38,969 nt of DNA from an uncultured Dehalococcoidales bacterium (GTDB lineage Bacteria; Chloroflexota; Dehalococcoidia; GIF9; AB-539-J10), in assembly GCA_964534285.1 (NCBI GenBank), contig CAZHQV010000001.1, forward strand, positions 6,856-45,824, read 5' to 3'. Position 1 is the stretch's first letter, and the number at the start of each line of letters is the position of its first letter. The notes under the pieces were generated by a model. The model had not been told where the DNA came from. It made no database searches and saw only the letters and a list, made by a program, of their open reading frames with translations. The position numbers and the translations under genes are program-made. Shown one piece after another: positions 30,798-38,969 of the stretch.

Positions 30798-31304
30798 TCA
30801 GTGCTTTGCCTCATGACTTCCCACCACCTGTTCCAATTGTGACCGTGAGGCTTCGCTCAATCCATATCGCCCAAGGGAACATCCTACCAGTATTTGTGTT
30901 CGGCATCGTGGACATAGCAGGAGCACAGAAGACAAATCCATTCCTCTCTTCTCCCTAATCAGATCTTCTATCTTTGTGACCATGGGCTTCGGGGCGAAAG
31001 CTGAGCCACAACGCTCACATATTTGAAGCTCGATCTTCACTTTCTCTTCTACTCTAACTGAAGTTGAGAAGCTAACGGGTTCCAGCACCGCCGTGAGCTT
31101 CACAGCATCTTCGGGGCAAGTAAAGGAGCACCTGCGACAGTAGAGGCAAAGAGCAGAGGCATAGGTGATGCTTTCAAATCCTTGATCCTTGGTTACTCGA
31201 ATGGCATGTCGGGGACAGATAGCGGCACAAGCTTCACATCCTATACATTTCATTGGATCAAAGCTTATATCACTCCTAACCTCCAACATTGCGGATGGAC
31301 TCAA
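30798..31304 (-). CDS. 2x[4Fe-4S] ferredoxin-domain protein with a C-terminal CxxC...CxxC (zinc-ribbon-like) extension
   Basis: CIGCEACAAICP and CLYCRRCSFTCP, followed by CERCG...x38...CPRCR. Confidence 0.7.
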   Translation of the reverse strand: MSPSAMLEVRSDISFDPMKCIGCEACAAICPRHAIRVTKDQGFESITYASALCLYCRRCSFTCPEDAVKLTAVLEPVSFSTSVRVEEKVKIELQICERCGSAFAPKPMVTKIEDLIREKRGMDLSSVLLLCPRCRTQILVGCSLGRYGLSEASRSQLEQVVGSHEAKH

Positions 31305-31750
31305 GCGCCAACCCCGTTTTGGTATTGTGGCTTCGGGGGCGAGTAATTATAACTGGTGGCGGGTTAGATGTAAAGTCAGAGTCTCTTCCAATACAAGATG
31401 AGCGTAAAGACGGCGCGGATTTCACTGCCCCTGGCCGATGAGCCCAGAGCTGGTTTGCTGGCAGACGACCTTGGAGCTTAAGGAACTGCCTCCTGCCCCA
31501 GGCACAACACCTAAGGTCCATATAACCTGGGGCGGTACCTAAGCCATCTGCTCTTCTGTGTATGTACGCCTGTGATCTTCAACTCGTAGGTAGCGAATCG
31601 AACCAGGAGGCGGGGGCAGGTTTCTGGCGTGACGCCTACATTACCTCTCGCTGTATCGGTCTCCGTGCACCCCCATGTGATCTATGCTATGGACCGTTGC
31701 TTGCAAGCAAAAGCAATCAGCAAAACAGACTTCAGCGGTGAACAACCCCC

Positions 31751-33079
31751 CTATTTATGGACTTTGAGAATGGCGACCAGACCGTGCCCGCATCCTTGTC
31801 CCCGTTGCAAGTCCATCTCGAGCTGCCTCAAACAGTAGCATAGTTGGGGTTCGATGATATCAGCTCGCGGGTCAGCAATGTCGAGTCCACTCGCAGCCGT
31901 CACAACCCTCTCCATCTCGAGCATCGCTTTTCTCAGCGCTGGCTCTGCGGTGACTGCTGTGCTAGCTTGAGAGGAATTCTCGAGGGAGGAGGCAGGAACG
32001 CGCTCGGCACGGCGCAGGAAGGAAGGGACATCGAGTGCCTCACCACCAGCTGCTAGCAAGTGGCTAAGTTCCGCAGCATCGAAACGAGGAAGTAGCTCCA
32101 TAGTATATCTCACCAAGGCATTCCAGCATGTTTCCAAATTCTGATAGAAATCATTGAGTTCTGGAAAACCTTCTTTGGGGACATACTCTACTATGAGGTC
32201 GTCGATGTTGGTGCGAATATTGGGCTCGAGAAGGGAGTTTAAGGTCCTTCTCACTGGCTTGCAGTTGGGGTTGTACTGGGCGGTGTCTATATGGCGTCCC
32301 ATGAAGATTGATCGATCAAACAACTCCGCTGGCTCTACCTGCACCTGTGCCGCTCGGCTGCTTTCGTCAACGATTGCCAGTGTCTCTTCTGAACTGAGGA
32401 GCCTTAGCGGAAACGAGGTGATTTCGTTTTCGCTCTCCTGACCATCAGCGTAGATGTAAGAAATCAAGTAGTCTATGGTCTTGTTCTCTGCCATGTCTTT
32501 CGTCCATAGCGGTTGCCATTCATAGGAATAGCGGCCCAGCCAATCGCAGAGTATGATGGAGCCATCCCTAGAATGCTTGGCGATATGGCTGAGAAGCCTG
32601 ACCGTCTCCTCGTCCGTGTTGTGAGAGAGGGTGCCATAGCCAGCGAAATAGAGATCGTAGGCTGGCTCTTCAACAAATCTAGAGGGTAAGTGGTTAAAGT
32701 CCATCTCCTCGAACACAACTCCGGGGCTGGCATTATGGATGGCGTTGGCTTGAGCAACAAGGCTTGGGTTCATGTCGAGCCCCAGGTATGCGTCAAGGTT
32801 GTCTGCGTTTATCACGTTTACGCAGTGCTCAGAGCTGGTCACGTTCTGGCGCCTTATCCCTAGCAACAGGTCGTAGCCGTCTCCGCTGCCGCATCCAAGG
32901 TCAAGGACGCGTAGCTTGTTCCCCGCTGCTACCAACCTTTCCAGATAGGGGCTCAGCAGCATGCCTGTAACCTCGTCTTCCCACAAGCGCCGCACATTAT
33001 CATACTTGCCAATCAAACCGGAAGGGTGCTCATATCTACCAGTGCTTATAGCCTCATCATATGCATTCTTTTCCATCAT
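31751..33079 (-). CDS. Class I SAM-dependent methyltransferase with a long C-terminal extension (GNMT/glycine-sarcosine N-methyltransferase-like core)
   Basis: 442-aa ORF. Motif I is VLDLGCGSGDGYDLL. YGTLSHN and CDWLGRYSYEW recall the GNMT-type NSFxHL/DxRNYD motifs. It starts 17 nt after the corrinoid protein gene, so it is part of the same operon. Confidence 0.65.
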   Translation of the reverse strand: MMEKNAYDEAISTGRYEHPSGLIGKYDNVRRLWEDEVTGMLLSPYLERLVAAGNKLRVLDLGCGSGDGYDLLLGIRRQNVTSSEHCVNVINADNLDAYLGLDMNPSLVAQANAIHNASPGVVFEEMDFNHLPSRFVEEPAYDLYFAGYGTLSHNTDEETVRLLSHIAKHSRDGSIILCDWLGRYSYEWQPLWTKDMAENKTIDYLISYIYADGQESENEITSFPLRLLSSEETLAIVDESSRAAQVQVEPAELFDRSIFMGRHIDTAQYNPNCKPVRRTLNSLLEPNIRTNIDDLIVEYVPKEGFPELNDFYQNLETCWNALVRYTMELLPRFDAAELSHLLAAGGEALDVPSFLRRAERVPASSLENSSQASTAVTAEPALRKAMLEMERVVTAASGLDIADPRADIIEPQLCYCLRQLEMDLQRGQGCGHGLVAILKVHK

Positions 33080-33096
33080 TCCTCCTTCTGCCTATT

Positions 33097-33783
33097 CTAT
33101 TCGGCCAGTTCCTCCACGAGTCTCACGGCGTGAAAGCCATCAGTGCCATAGGCGTCTGCCCCTATTCCATCGGCAAAATCTTGTGAGACTGCGGCCCCCC
33201 CGACCAAAACCTTGACCTTATCTCTCAGGCCGGCCTCCTCTAAGCTGACAATGGTCTCCCCCATCATTCTCATCGTAGTCGTGAGCAGGGCAGAGAGACC
33301 CAAGAACTGGGGACTACCTTCCCCAACAGCATTCACAATTCTCTCTGTGGGCACATCATTACCCAAGTCTATCACCTGGTAGCCTGCTCCCTTCAGCAGG
33401 AGGCCGACGATATTCTTGCCTATGTCATGCAAGTCCCCCTTGACTGTGGCTAGGATGATCTTTCCCTTGGAAGTGATTCCAGATTCCGCCAGATGTGGCT
33501 CCAATATCTCCATAGCTGTTGCCGTTGCCTCGGCTGAGGCTAGCATGTCGGGGATGAAATACTCCTTTGCTTCGTATTTCTCGCCTACCACATTCATTCC
33601 AGCCGTTAAGCCCTCCATTATTATCGTCTTAGGGGCGATGCCAGCTCGAATAGCTGCCTCAGTCAATTCCTTTGCCCCGGGCACGCCAACCATCCCATCC
33701 ACTATACCCTCATCATTCTTGTCCCTCCTGCCCTGAATGATATTCTCCTTAAGCAGCTGAATTAGCTCTTCGTTTGCCATCAT
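33097..33783 (-). CDS. Methyltransferase cognate corrinoid protein (B12-binding cap plus Rossmann domain)
   Basis: DLHDIGKNIV (DxHxxG), SALLTT and VLVGGAAV motifs. ATGA overlap with the upstream MttB gene. Confidence 0.9.
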   Translation of the reverse strand: MMANEELIQLLKENIIQGRRDKNDEGIVDGMVGVPGAKELTEAAIRAGIAPKTIIMEGLTAGMNVVGEKYEAKEYFIPDMLASAEATATAMEILEPHLAESGITSKGKIILATVKGDLHDIGKNIVGLLLKGAGYQVIDLGNDVPTERIVNAVGEGSPQFLGLSALLTTTMRMMGETIVSLEEAGLRDKVKVLVGGAAVSQDFADGIGADAYGTDGFHAVRLVEELAE

Positions 33784-35303
33784 TTCTCCTGTTCATGAAT
33801 ATTTAGACGGGGCAATAACCCTGGAATCTCGTTGTATATTCTACTTATGTTGTCCTTGCTGAGGTGCTTCGCAGGGAGAGAGAGCAGTTCCTGCATGCGC
33901 TGTGATGCCTTGAACAGCACCTCGTCGCTGATATCCTTGCTCTCGAAGGGGTATGGGGCTGTGATCTCCCCAGCATGCAGTCTAGGTCTGACGTAGCGGA
34001 CAAACAGTTTATGCGTGCTATTCATAACCTGTCTTACTTGATCAAGAGAACTTGAGATGCCTCTTGAGTCAATATTTGGTTCCCTCAAGAATGACTTCAC
34101 CATTTGAATATGGGCATCATCGAGAACCGCTTGTAGAGGACAGAAAGTATTGGTGCGATCCAGGAGCCCAAAAGCATAGTGGAGGTAATGCGGTCCGCTT
34201 AGGGAAACGAGGATATGGGAAAACAACTTCTCTACGGACGCTTGGATTCCGGGGACCTTCACATCGGCGACTCCGGCGGTAGAGTAGCAGGGCAGACCGT
34301 AGAATCGCGCCATTTGTACGCAGTCGATATTGTACTGATTGAATTCGGGCACGCCGTAGGACTCGTTCAGGTCATCCATGCGAGCCCTCGTGGGAACACT
34401 GCCATAAAGCACTGGTGACCCCTTACGGACCAGTTGTGTTAGTGCTATACCACACAGGATCTCGGCATTTATCTGAGCTACCATGCCATCCTCTGTGATA
34501 GGGGCAGTTGAACCACCTTGAGGTGAGCTTGACATTACTAAGGGTATCCCTCTTCGTGCTATTTCCATCAACTTCTGCGTGGTATCATCCACCAACTGCA
34601 AAGGGCTCTTAACAGCACAGGTGATGAAGGAAATTATGGGGTTATCCTCTAGCCTCGCCCCAGCTATTATTTCCGCCATCCTGATCACGGAATCAAGCTG
34701 GCCCAAGTCCGTCAGTCCCGACATCACATGCTTCGTCGTGTTATCCAAGGAGGCAAAGAACTTGTTAACGTCCTTGTTCTCCTCGGTAATGTCCTCGTCT
34801 TGGATATTCACCGGGCGGATAAAGGCATCCAAGCTGTCCAGGTACTCGCAGAGGTGGGCTGCCTGACAGAGATCATTGACCATCCCCCGCCGTGGGTGAA
34901 AAGCAGGCAATTCAACCTGGAATTCAGGATGGTTCTTGCTAACGTAGGTGGAGAAATCGACATCAAGCCAAATATTCGATTCGGAGCCAGAGGCGAAATG
35001 CAATCTGGGTTCCTGTCCATCCAATATCAGGCTATTGTCATCATTCCTGGCCGCCAGTTTGACAACCTTTGGTGCAGTTTCAATGGCCGTCAGAACGAGC
35101 TTCTCAGGTATTCGCAATAGCCACCAATTGCCATCTGAAGGGACAACTTCAGCCCCGTTGGCAAGGAATACGTCTGCTGCCTCCCGGTTGTAGCAGATGA
35201 TACCCGGATCCTTTAGGATCTGCATGGAAGCATTATGGATTTGCTCCACCTGCTCCCGGCTTATCCGTTCATAGGGTTTGACCAGGATGCCCCTTCTCGA
35301 CAT
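33780..35303 (-). CDS. MttB-superfamily (trimethylamine methyltransferase family) protein, non-pyrrolysine type, paralogue 2
   Basis: 507-aa uninterrupted ORF. The N-terminus ...ISREQVEQIHNASMQILKDPGI and the internal FFASLDNTTKHVMSG...IRMAEIIAG are typical of PF06253. No in-frame TAG. Confidence 0.85.
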   Translation of the reverse strand: MSRRGILVKPYERISREQVEQIHNASMQILKDPGIICYNREAADVFLANGAEVVPSDGNWWLLRIPEKLVLTAIETAPKVVKLAARNDDNSLILDGQEPRLHFASGSESNIWLDVDFSTYVSKNHPEFQVELPAFHPRRGMVNDLCQAAHLCEYLDSLDAFIRPVNIQDEDITEENKDVNKFFASLDNTTKHVMSGLTDLGQLDSVIRMAEIIAGARLEDNPIISFITCAVKSPLQLVDDTTQKLMEIARRGIPLVMSSSPQGGSTAPITEDGMVAQINAEILCGIALTQLVRKGSPVLYGSVPTRARMDDLNESYGVPEFNQYNIDCVQMARFYGLPCYSTAGVADVKVPGIQASVEKLFSHILVSLSGPHYLHYAFGLLDRTNTFCPLQAVLDDAHIQMVKSFLREPNIDSRGISSSLDQVRQVMNSTHKLFVRYVRPRLHAGEITAPYPFESKDISDEVLFKASQRMQELLSLPAKHLSKDNISRIYNEIPGLLPRLNIHEQEK

Positions 35304-35308
35304 TGGTC

Positions 35309-36112
35309 CTACTCCTTGAATGCCCCTCTGCGGTGAGCGGCAAGGTAGTCTTTGCAGAATGGATCCCTACCAAGCAGCATTTCTCCCACCTTGATGGAGT
35401 TCGTTAGTTTGCTATCCAGCGGATCCACGATTGCAGCGTCTAGGCCGGCATACATGGCCATTATCAAGAACATCTGATTTACTATCGTCCTATTAGGAAG
35501 ACCGTAGGAGATATTGCTTAAGCCTACGGTGGACCTTGCTTCCGGGTATCTTGCTTTGAGCTGCCTGAGCGTGTTCAGAGTTGTCACTCCAAGTCCGCTG
35601 TCAATGCTGATGGGAAGGACTGCGGGATCGAACAGTATCCTGTGCGTGGGGATGCCATGGGCACTCAATGTCTCCAGAATTCGATCACAAGCATTGATGC
35701 GCCCCTCAACACTGTCTGGTATTCCAGTCTCATCCATGGCAAGAGCGATGACCTCGGCATCGTAGGTCGCTACCAGAGTCGAAAAGGCTTCCAGCCTCTT
35801 TGGTTCGGCGGTAATGGAATTGACGGTCACTGTCCTGTCCCGACATCTTCTTAGGCCAGCCTCAACTACCTTGGGGTCCGCGCTGTCTATGACTAGTGGT
35901 TTATTGCTGGTAGCTTGGACAGTATCTATCAGCCACTCCATGATCTCCTCTTCGCTATCACTTCCGCCTGCGCCAGCATTTACGTCGAGCGAGTCCGCTC
36001 CAGCGGCAATCTGAGCCCGAGCCAGATCCTGGATGAAAAGGCTGTCCCTTTCCCTTATCGCCTGCGCTACCCTCTTATTGGTAGCATTGATTCTCTCTCC
36101 GGTTATCAACAT
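35309..36112 (-). CDS. Pterin-binding methyltransferase (methylcorrinoid:tetrahydrofolate methyltransferase, MtgA/AcsE/MetH pterin module-like)
   Basis: MLITGERINATNKRVAQAI...AGADSLDVNAG...VNSIT...GLSNISYGLP is typical of the Pterin_bind (DHPS-like) domain. Confidence 0.85.
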   Translation of the reverse strand: MLITGERINATNKRVAQAIRERDSLFIQDLARAQIAAGADSLDVNAGAGGSDSEEEIMEWLIDTVQATSNKPLVIDSADPKVVEAGLRRCRDRTVTVNSITAEPKRLEAFSTLVATYDAEVIALAMDETGIPDSVEGRINACDRILETLSAHGIPTHRILFDPAVLPISIDSGLGVTTLNTLRQLKARYPEARSTVGLSNISYGLPNRTIVNQMFLIMAMYAGLDAAIVDPLDSKLTNSIKVGEMLLGRDPFCKDYLAAHRRGAFKE

Positions 36113-36116
36113 AGCA

Positions 36117-37556
36117 TCAATCCATTATGCCCGGGATTTCTGATAACACTTTCTTCCTAACAGAAGATGGGAGTCTGAACTCATGTTCGGAAAGGAGTTG
36201 CGAAACCCTCTCCTTTGCTCTCCTACAGGCATCCTTCCTCCCTTCGCTCTCCCATTGCTCCCTGGTGAGTCGGTCACTCAAGCTAGGGTAGTAATGCTCA
36301 CTGCGCATGTGCTTCCTGGTATGCGCGGAGGAGATAAAGTGCCCTCCTGGGCCCACCTCCTTAATGACATCAAAGGCAAGCGTATCGTCATCCACCTTTA
36401 CGCCCTCCACTGCACGCATGACCATACCCAGAATCTCGTTATCTATGACATACTTCTCATAGCTCACACTGAGGGCGAATTCCATCATGCCGGCAGCGTC
36501 GTGAATGAAGTTAGCGCCTGCCAAGGCGCAAAGAAGGCTAGTGAGAGCCGACTCATAGCCGCACTGAGCATCAACGACCTTGGCATCGGACATCCCAGCG
36601 GTGGCATAGAACGGGAGCTGGTAGAATTGGGCCATCTGAGCCGCGGCGGCGTTCAACAAGCCCATTTCAATGGAGCCTGTTACATACTTCAAATCTCTTA
36701 GGTCTGTGTTGCTGGCCACAGAGCCATAGATTACAGGTGTGCCTGAATTGACAATCTGAGTCACCAGCACCCCGGCGAGGGAGTCCACATTCTGTATCAC
36801 CAGAGTTCCTGCTAAGGTTACTGGAGACGTGGCTCCGCACAGCGGCTCTGCCGGGCACACTACCGGCACCCCTGCTTTGGCGATTTGCACGAGCATGTCG
36901 CCATAGAGCCCGTCTATCTTCAGGGGACTTATGCTGCAGGTTATCATCGAGATGAGTGGCCTGCGGCGAAGTTCCTGTGGCGAACCGCGGATGATCTCTG
37001 CCATCCTTATGGCTTGCCTTATGCCGTCGAGCGTGTAGACGCCTCCCATAACATGCTTGGTGGTGTTGTCCAGTGCAGCGAAGAAACGGTTGACATCTAC
37101 GTGTTCAGGAGTAACATCACTCGGATAAACAGGGAGCATGAAGAGGTGGATGTTCTCCAGCTTGTCTACAAGCCGAGTTATGCGCTTGAGGTCGTCGAGG
37201 GTTGCCTGCCTGCTCAGACCTGTGTCTGAATCAACGATGTTGAGTGCGGTGCCACCGGTCCCTGCGTAGACCTTGGTACCACCCAACAGAACATCATGGT
37301 CTTCATCTTGACCGCATAGTCTAACCTGGGACGGGGCTGTACTCAGGAGATCCATAACCATCCGCGAAGGCATCCTCACGATACGCCTTTCGCTATCAAC
37401 CCAAGCTCCTGCCTGGCTGAAGAGACCGAGCGCGGTTTCCGAGTTTACCTCGAAGCCTACTTCCTCGAAGACCCTTAATGAAGCTTGGTGGATTTTGTCT
37501 ATGGATTCTTGAGAGAGGGGTTTATAACTACCCCCCTCCAAGCCCTTTCGACTCAT
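36117..37556 (-). CDS. MttB-superfamily protein, non-pyrrolysine type, paralogue 1
   Basis: The ATG at 37556 (ATGA overlap with the upstream gene) gives MSRKGLEGGSYKPLSQESIDKIHQASLRVFEEVGF... The internal FFAALDNTTKHVMGG...IRMAEIIRG matches the family. Uninterrupted frame. Confidence 0.85.
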   Translation of the reverse strand: MSRKGLEGGSYKPLSQESIDKIHQASLRVFEEVGFEVNSETALGLFSQAGAWVDSERRIVRMPSRMVMDLLSTAPSQVRLCGQDEDHDVLLGGTKVYAGTGGTALNIVDSDTGLSRQATLDDLKRITRLVDKLENIHLFMLPVYPSDVTPEHVDVNRFFAALDNTTKHVMGGVYTLDGIRQAIRMAEIIRGSPQELRRRPLISMITCSISPLKIDGLYGDMLVQIAKAGVPVVCPAEPLCGATSPVTLAGTLVIQNVDSLAGVLVTQIVNSGTPVIYGSVASNTDLRDLKYVTGSIEMGLLNAAAAQMAQFYQLPFYATAGMSDAKVVDAQCGYESALTSLLCALAGANFIHDAAGMMEFALSVSYEKYVIDNEILGMVMRAVEGVKVDDDTLAFDVIKEVGPGGHFISSAHTRKHMRSEHYYPSLSDRLTREQWESEGRKDACRRAKERVSQLLSEHEFRLPSSVRKKVLSEIPGIMD

Positions 37557-38257
37557 AACCTTCTGCTGGGACAGTCCGTCTTGTTGCAGAAAAGACAGGG
37601 AGAGAGGGTTATAGAGGGATCGAAGCCTATGCCTATGATCCCGGAGATAGATTTCCTGGGCATCATTAGGCAATCCTCAGTCAATTCAACTCCTTGCAAA
37701 TCTCCATCGAGAGCATTGAATAGCACCTTCTGCTGTCTGATGTCCCAATCGCAGTAGCCTGGGCTATAGCGCAGGCTTACGTCGGCGCCGCTTGCCGCAG
37801 CCGTCTCCCTGACGCTTCCTTCAAGCCAACAAGCCAGCTCCTCAACTGCTTCACTGCCTACAGCATCCAATACTGCGCCTTTGAGTATTTCGCCGGCATC
37901 CATTAGCCGTAACACCCTATCCTCTAATCTCGGTCCGATCGTGGTCAAGAATATGGCCGCTTTGGAGCACTTGGAGAGTATTCGCCGGGCGATTATGTTG
38001 CTGCTAAATACTATGTTGGTTCCCCTCACTGATATGCGAGAACCGTCAACACTGTCTACCTCTCTGATTACACATGAATACCAAGGCTGGATAAGCCCAT
38101 AGGCTTCCGATATTTGTTCATCTATTACCGAAGATATATGTGCTGTAGGTTCCCTCTCGGCCGCATAGCCCAAATATCTATGTACTTCCCTTCTGTCGAT
38201 ACTTATTTTGTCTGTTGCTAAGGTGCGCACCACCGAATTCCCTTGGTATTTTCTCAC
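37553..38257 (-). CDS. Stand-alone vitamin-B12-dependent methionine synthase activation-domain (SAM-binding reactivation module) protein
   Basis: 234-aa ORF with a GTG start. ...LRYSPGYCDWDIRQQKVLFNAL...GVELTEDCLMMPRKSISGIIGIG matches the Met_synt_B12 (PF02965) pattern RxSPGY.DW...Q..lf. Confidence 0.7.
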   Translation of the reverse strand: MRKYQGNSVVRTLATDKISIDRREVHRYLGYAAEREPTAHISSVIDEQISEAYGLIQPWYSCVIREVDSVDGSRISVRGTNIVFSSNIIARRILSKCSKAAIFLTTIGPRLEDRVLRLMDAGEILKGAVLDAVGSEAVEELACWLEGSVRETAAASGADVSLRYSPGYCDWDIRQQKVLFNALDGDLQGVELTEDCLMMPRKSISGIIGIGFDPSITLSPCLFCNKTDCPSRRL

Positions 38258-38511
38258 ATTTCCGCCATCATTTCAAGTCTGTGTGCTGGCCCTTAATCCG
38301 TGGATCGATGAGGATTCTCCAGAAGAAAGGGGTTCCATCAATGCCTGACCCTGGTCAATCAACCCTGGTAAAGCAGGAAAGGCGAGGTTCTTAGACTTCA
38401 GCGCTGGTTTTGCCGCAGTTAGCGCTGATGGACCAGACATGCGGGCTGGGAAAGACAGATAGTACACCTGTCGGGGGCATCATCGCCGGGAGGTAAGAAA
38501 GGAGATATAGA

Positions 38512-38969
38512 TTAGCCTGAGCCAGCCAGGCCTAAGGCCAATATCCTGTAGTAGGCTGGGCCAATTAGTCCTTCCCAGGCACGGCTGGCAATACCAAGTA
38601 ATGCTCTTCCAGCATGGTTTATCACCCGACGAAACTGAGTGAAGACGGCAAACCTGAGTCTTTTTGGCCGAGCGGCAGCGTACTCTTGGGATAGCGCTAC
38701 CGCTTTGAGTAATTGAAGCAGGTTATGTGTTAGTACCTGTATCCTGAGCCAGGCAGCATTAGCACCATGTTTGGTATTGGGATAGACACGGGCGGCCAGT
38801 GCGTTGTCCAGGATGTCATGAATACGCTCAATATATTCCTTCTCATAGATGACCTTCAGCTTCTTCTTGCCATAGCAGGGGGATCTCTTTCTGAAGCGTC
38901 TTATCCTGTCTTCTTGGATGAGGGTCACTTCCCAGTGCCTCTTACGATGGGGAGCTCTAGACCTATCAG
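38512..38969 (-). mobile_element. DDE transposase 3' fragment (IS1380-like C-terminus). The frame stays open to the window edge.
   Basis: ...YPNTKHGANAAWLRIQVLTHNLLQLLKAVAL...RPKRLRFAVFTQFRRVINHAGRALL resembles the conserved IS1380-family C-terminal region. The N-terminal part in view (RFRKRSPCYGKKKLKVIY) looks like a different IS family, so the copy may be chimeric or degenerate. Confidence 0.5.

Noticed and set aside
33780-37556. Possible pyrrolysine (in-frame TAG) in the two MttB-family genes
   Set aside because: Both reading frames are continuous from start to stop with no internal TAG, so both are non-Pyl members.
38258-38511. Cobalamin riboswitch upstream of the corrinoid operon
   Set aside because: I found no B12 box (GCCACTG-type) and no GGTGnnAAnnCC core in the correct arrangement. 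Only generic hairpins are present, and a covariance-model search is needed.

Overview
This 39 kb window is a compact bacterial chromosomal segment at roughly 50-55% GC by eye. The gene content suggests an anaerobic, Chloroflexota-like organism, but that is inference only. About 36 protein genes can be supported.

Main blocks:
- (a) 0.4-12.3 kb: housekeeping and stress genes. These are an HDAC-type deacetylase, a SAM methyltransferase, a PNPOx-like protein, the UV-damage endonuclease UvdE, inositol monophosphatase, ribosomal protein L25/Ctc, an orphan GAF-PAS histidine kinase and an FMN reductase-like flavoprotein. A minus-strand trio of desulforedoxin, TspO and a Staygreen (SGR, Mg-dechelatase family) homologue sits among them.
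- (b) 12.3-13.4 kb: a decayed stretch with a frameshifted Hsp20 gene and a MetE/URO-D-like remnant.
- (c) 13.4-24.3 kb: a minus-strand pyrimidine operon, pyrR, pyrB (fused to a PyrI zinc domain), pyrC, carA, [two foreign-looking AT-rich genes], carB, pyrK, yjbQ. A recognisable PyrR-binding attenuator precedes it.
- (d) 24.3-28.0 kb, plus strand: P-loop kinase, leucyl aminopeptidase, MBL hydrolase, DUF362.
- (e) 28.0-38.3 kb, minus strand: an aldehyde:ferredoxin oxidoreductase with Fe-S partners, then a tightly coupled corrinoid methyl-transfer operon. That operon has a MetH activation-domain protein, two non-pyrrolysine MttB paralogues, a pterin-binding methyltransferase, a corrinoid protein and a GNMT-like SAM methyltransferase.
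- (f) A transposase fragment at the right edge, and a structured non-coding region with a tmRNA-like 5' motif at the left edge.

Best candidates for something undescribed:
- the AT-rich cassette (membrane protein plus PD-(D/E)xK nuclease-domain protein) inserted exactly between carA and carB;
- the extended MttB/corrinoid/AOR locus;
- the Dx-TspO-SGR tetrapyrrole-handling cluster.

No CRISPR array, rRNA or canonical tRNA was seen. All family calls come from motif recognition by eye. No searches were run.
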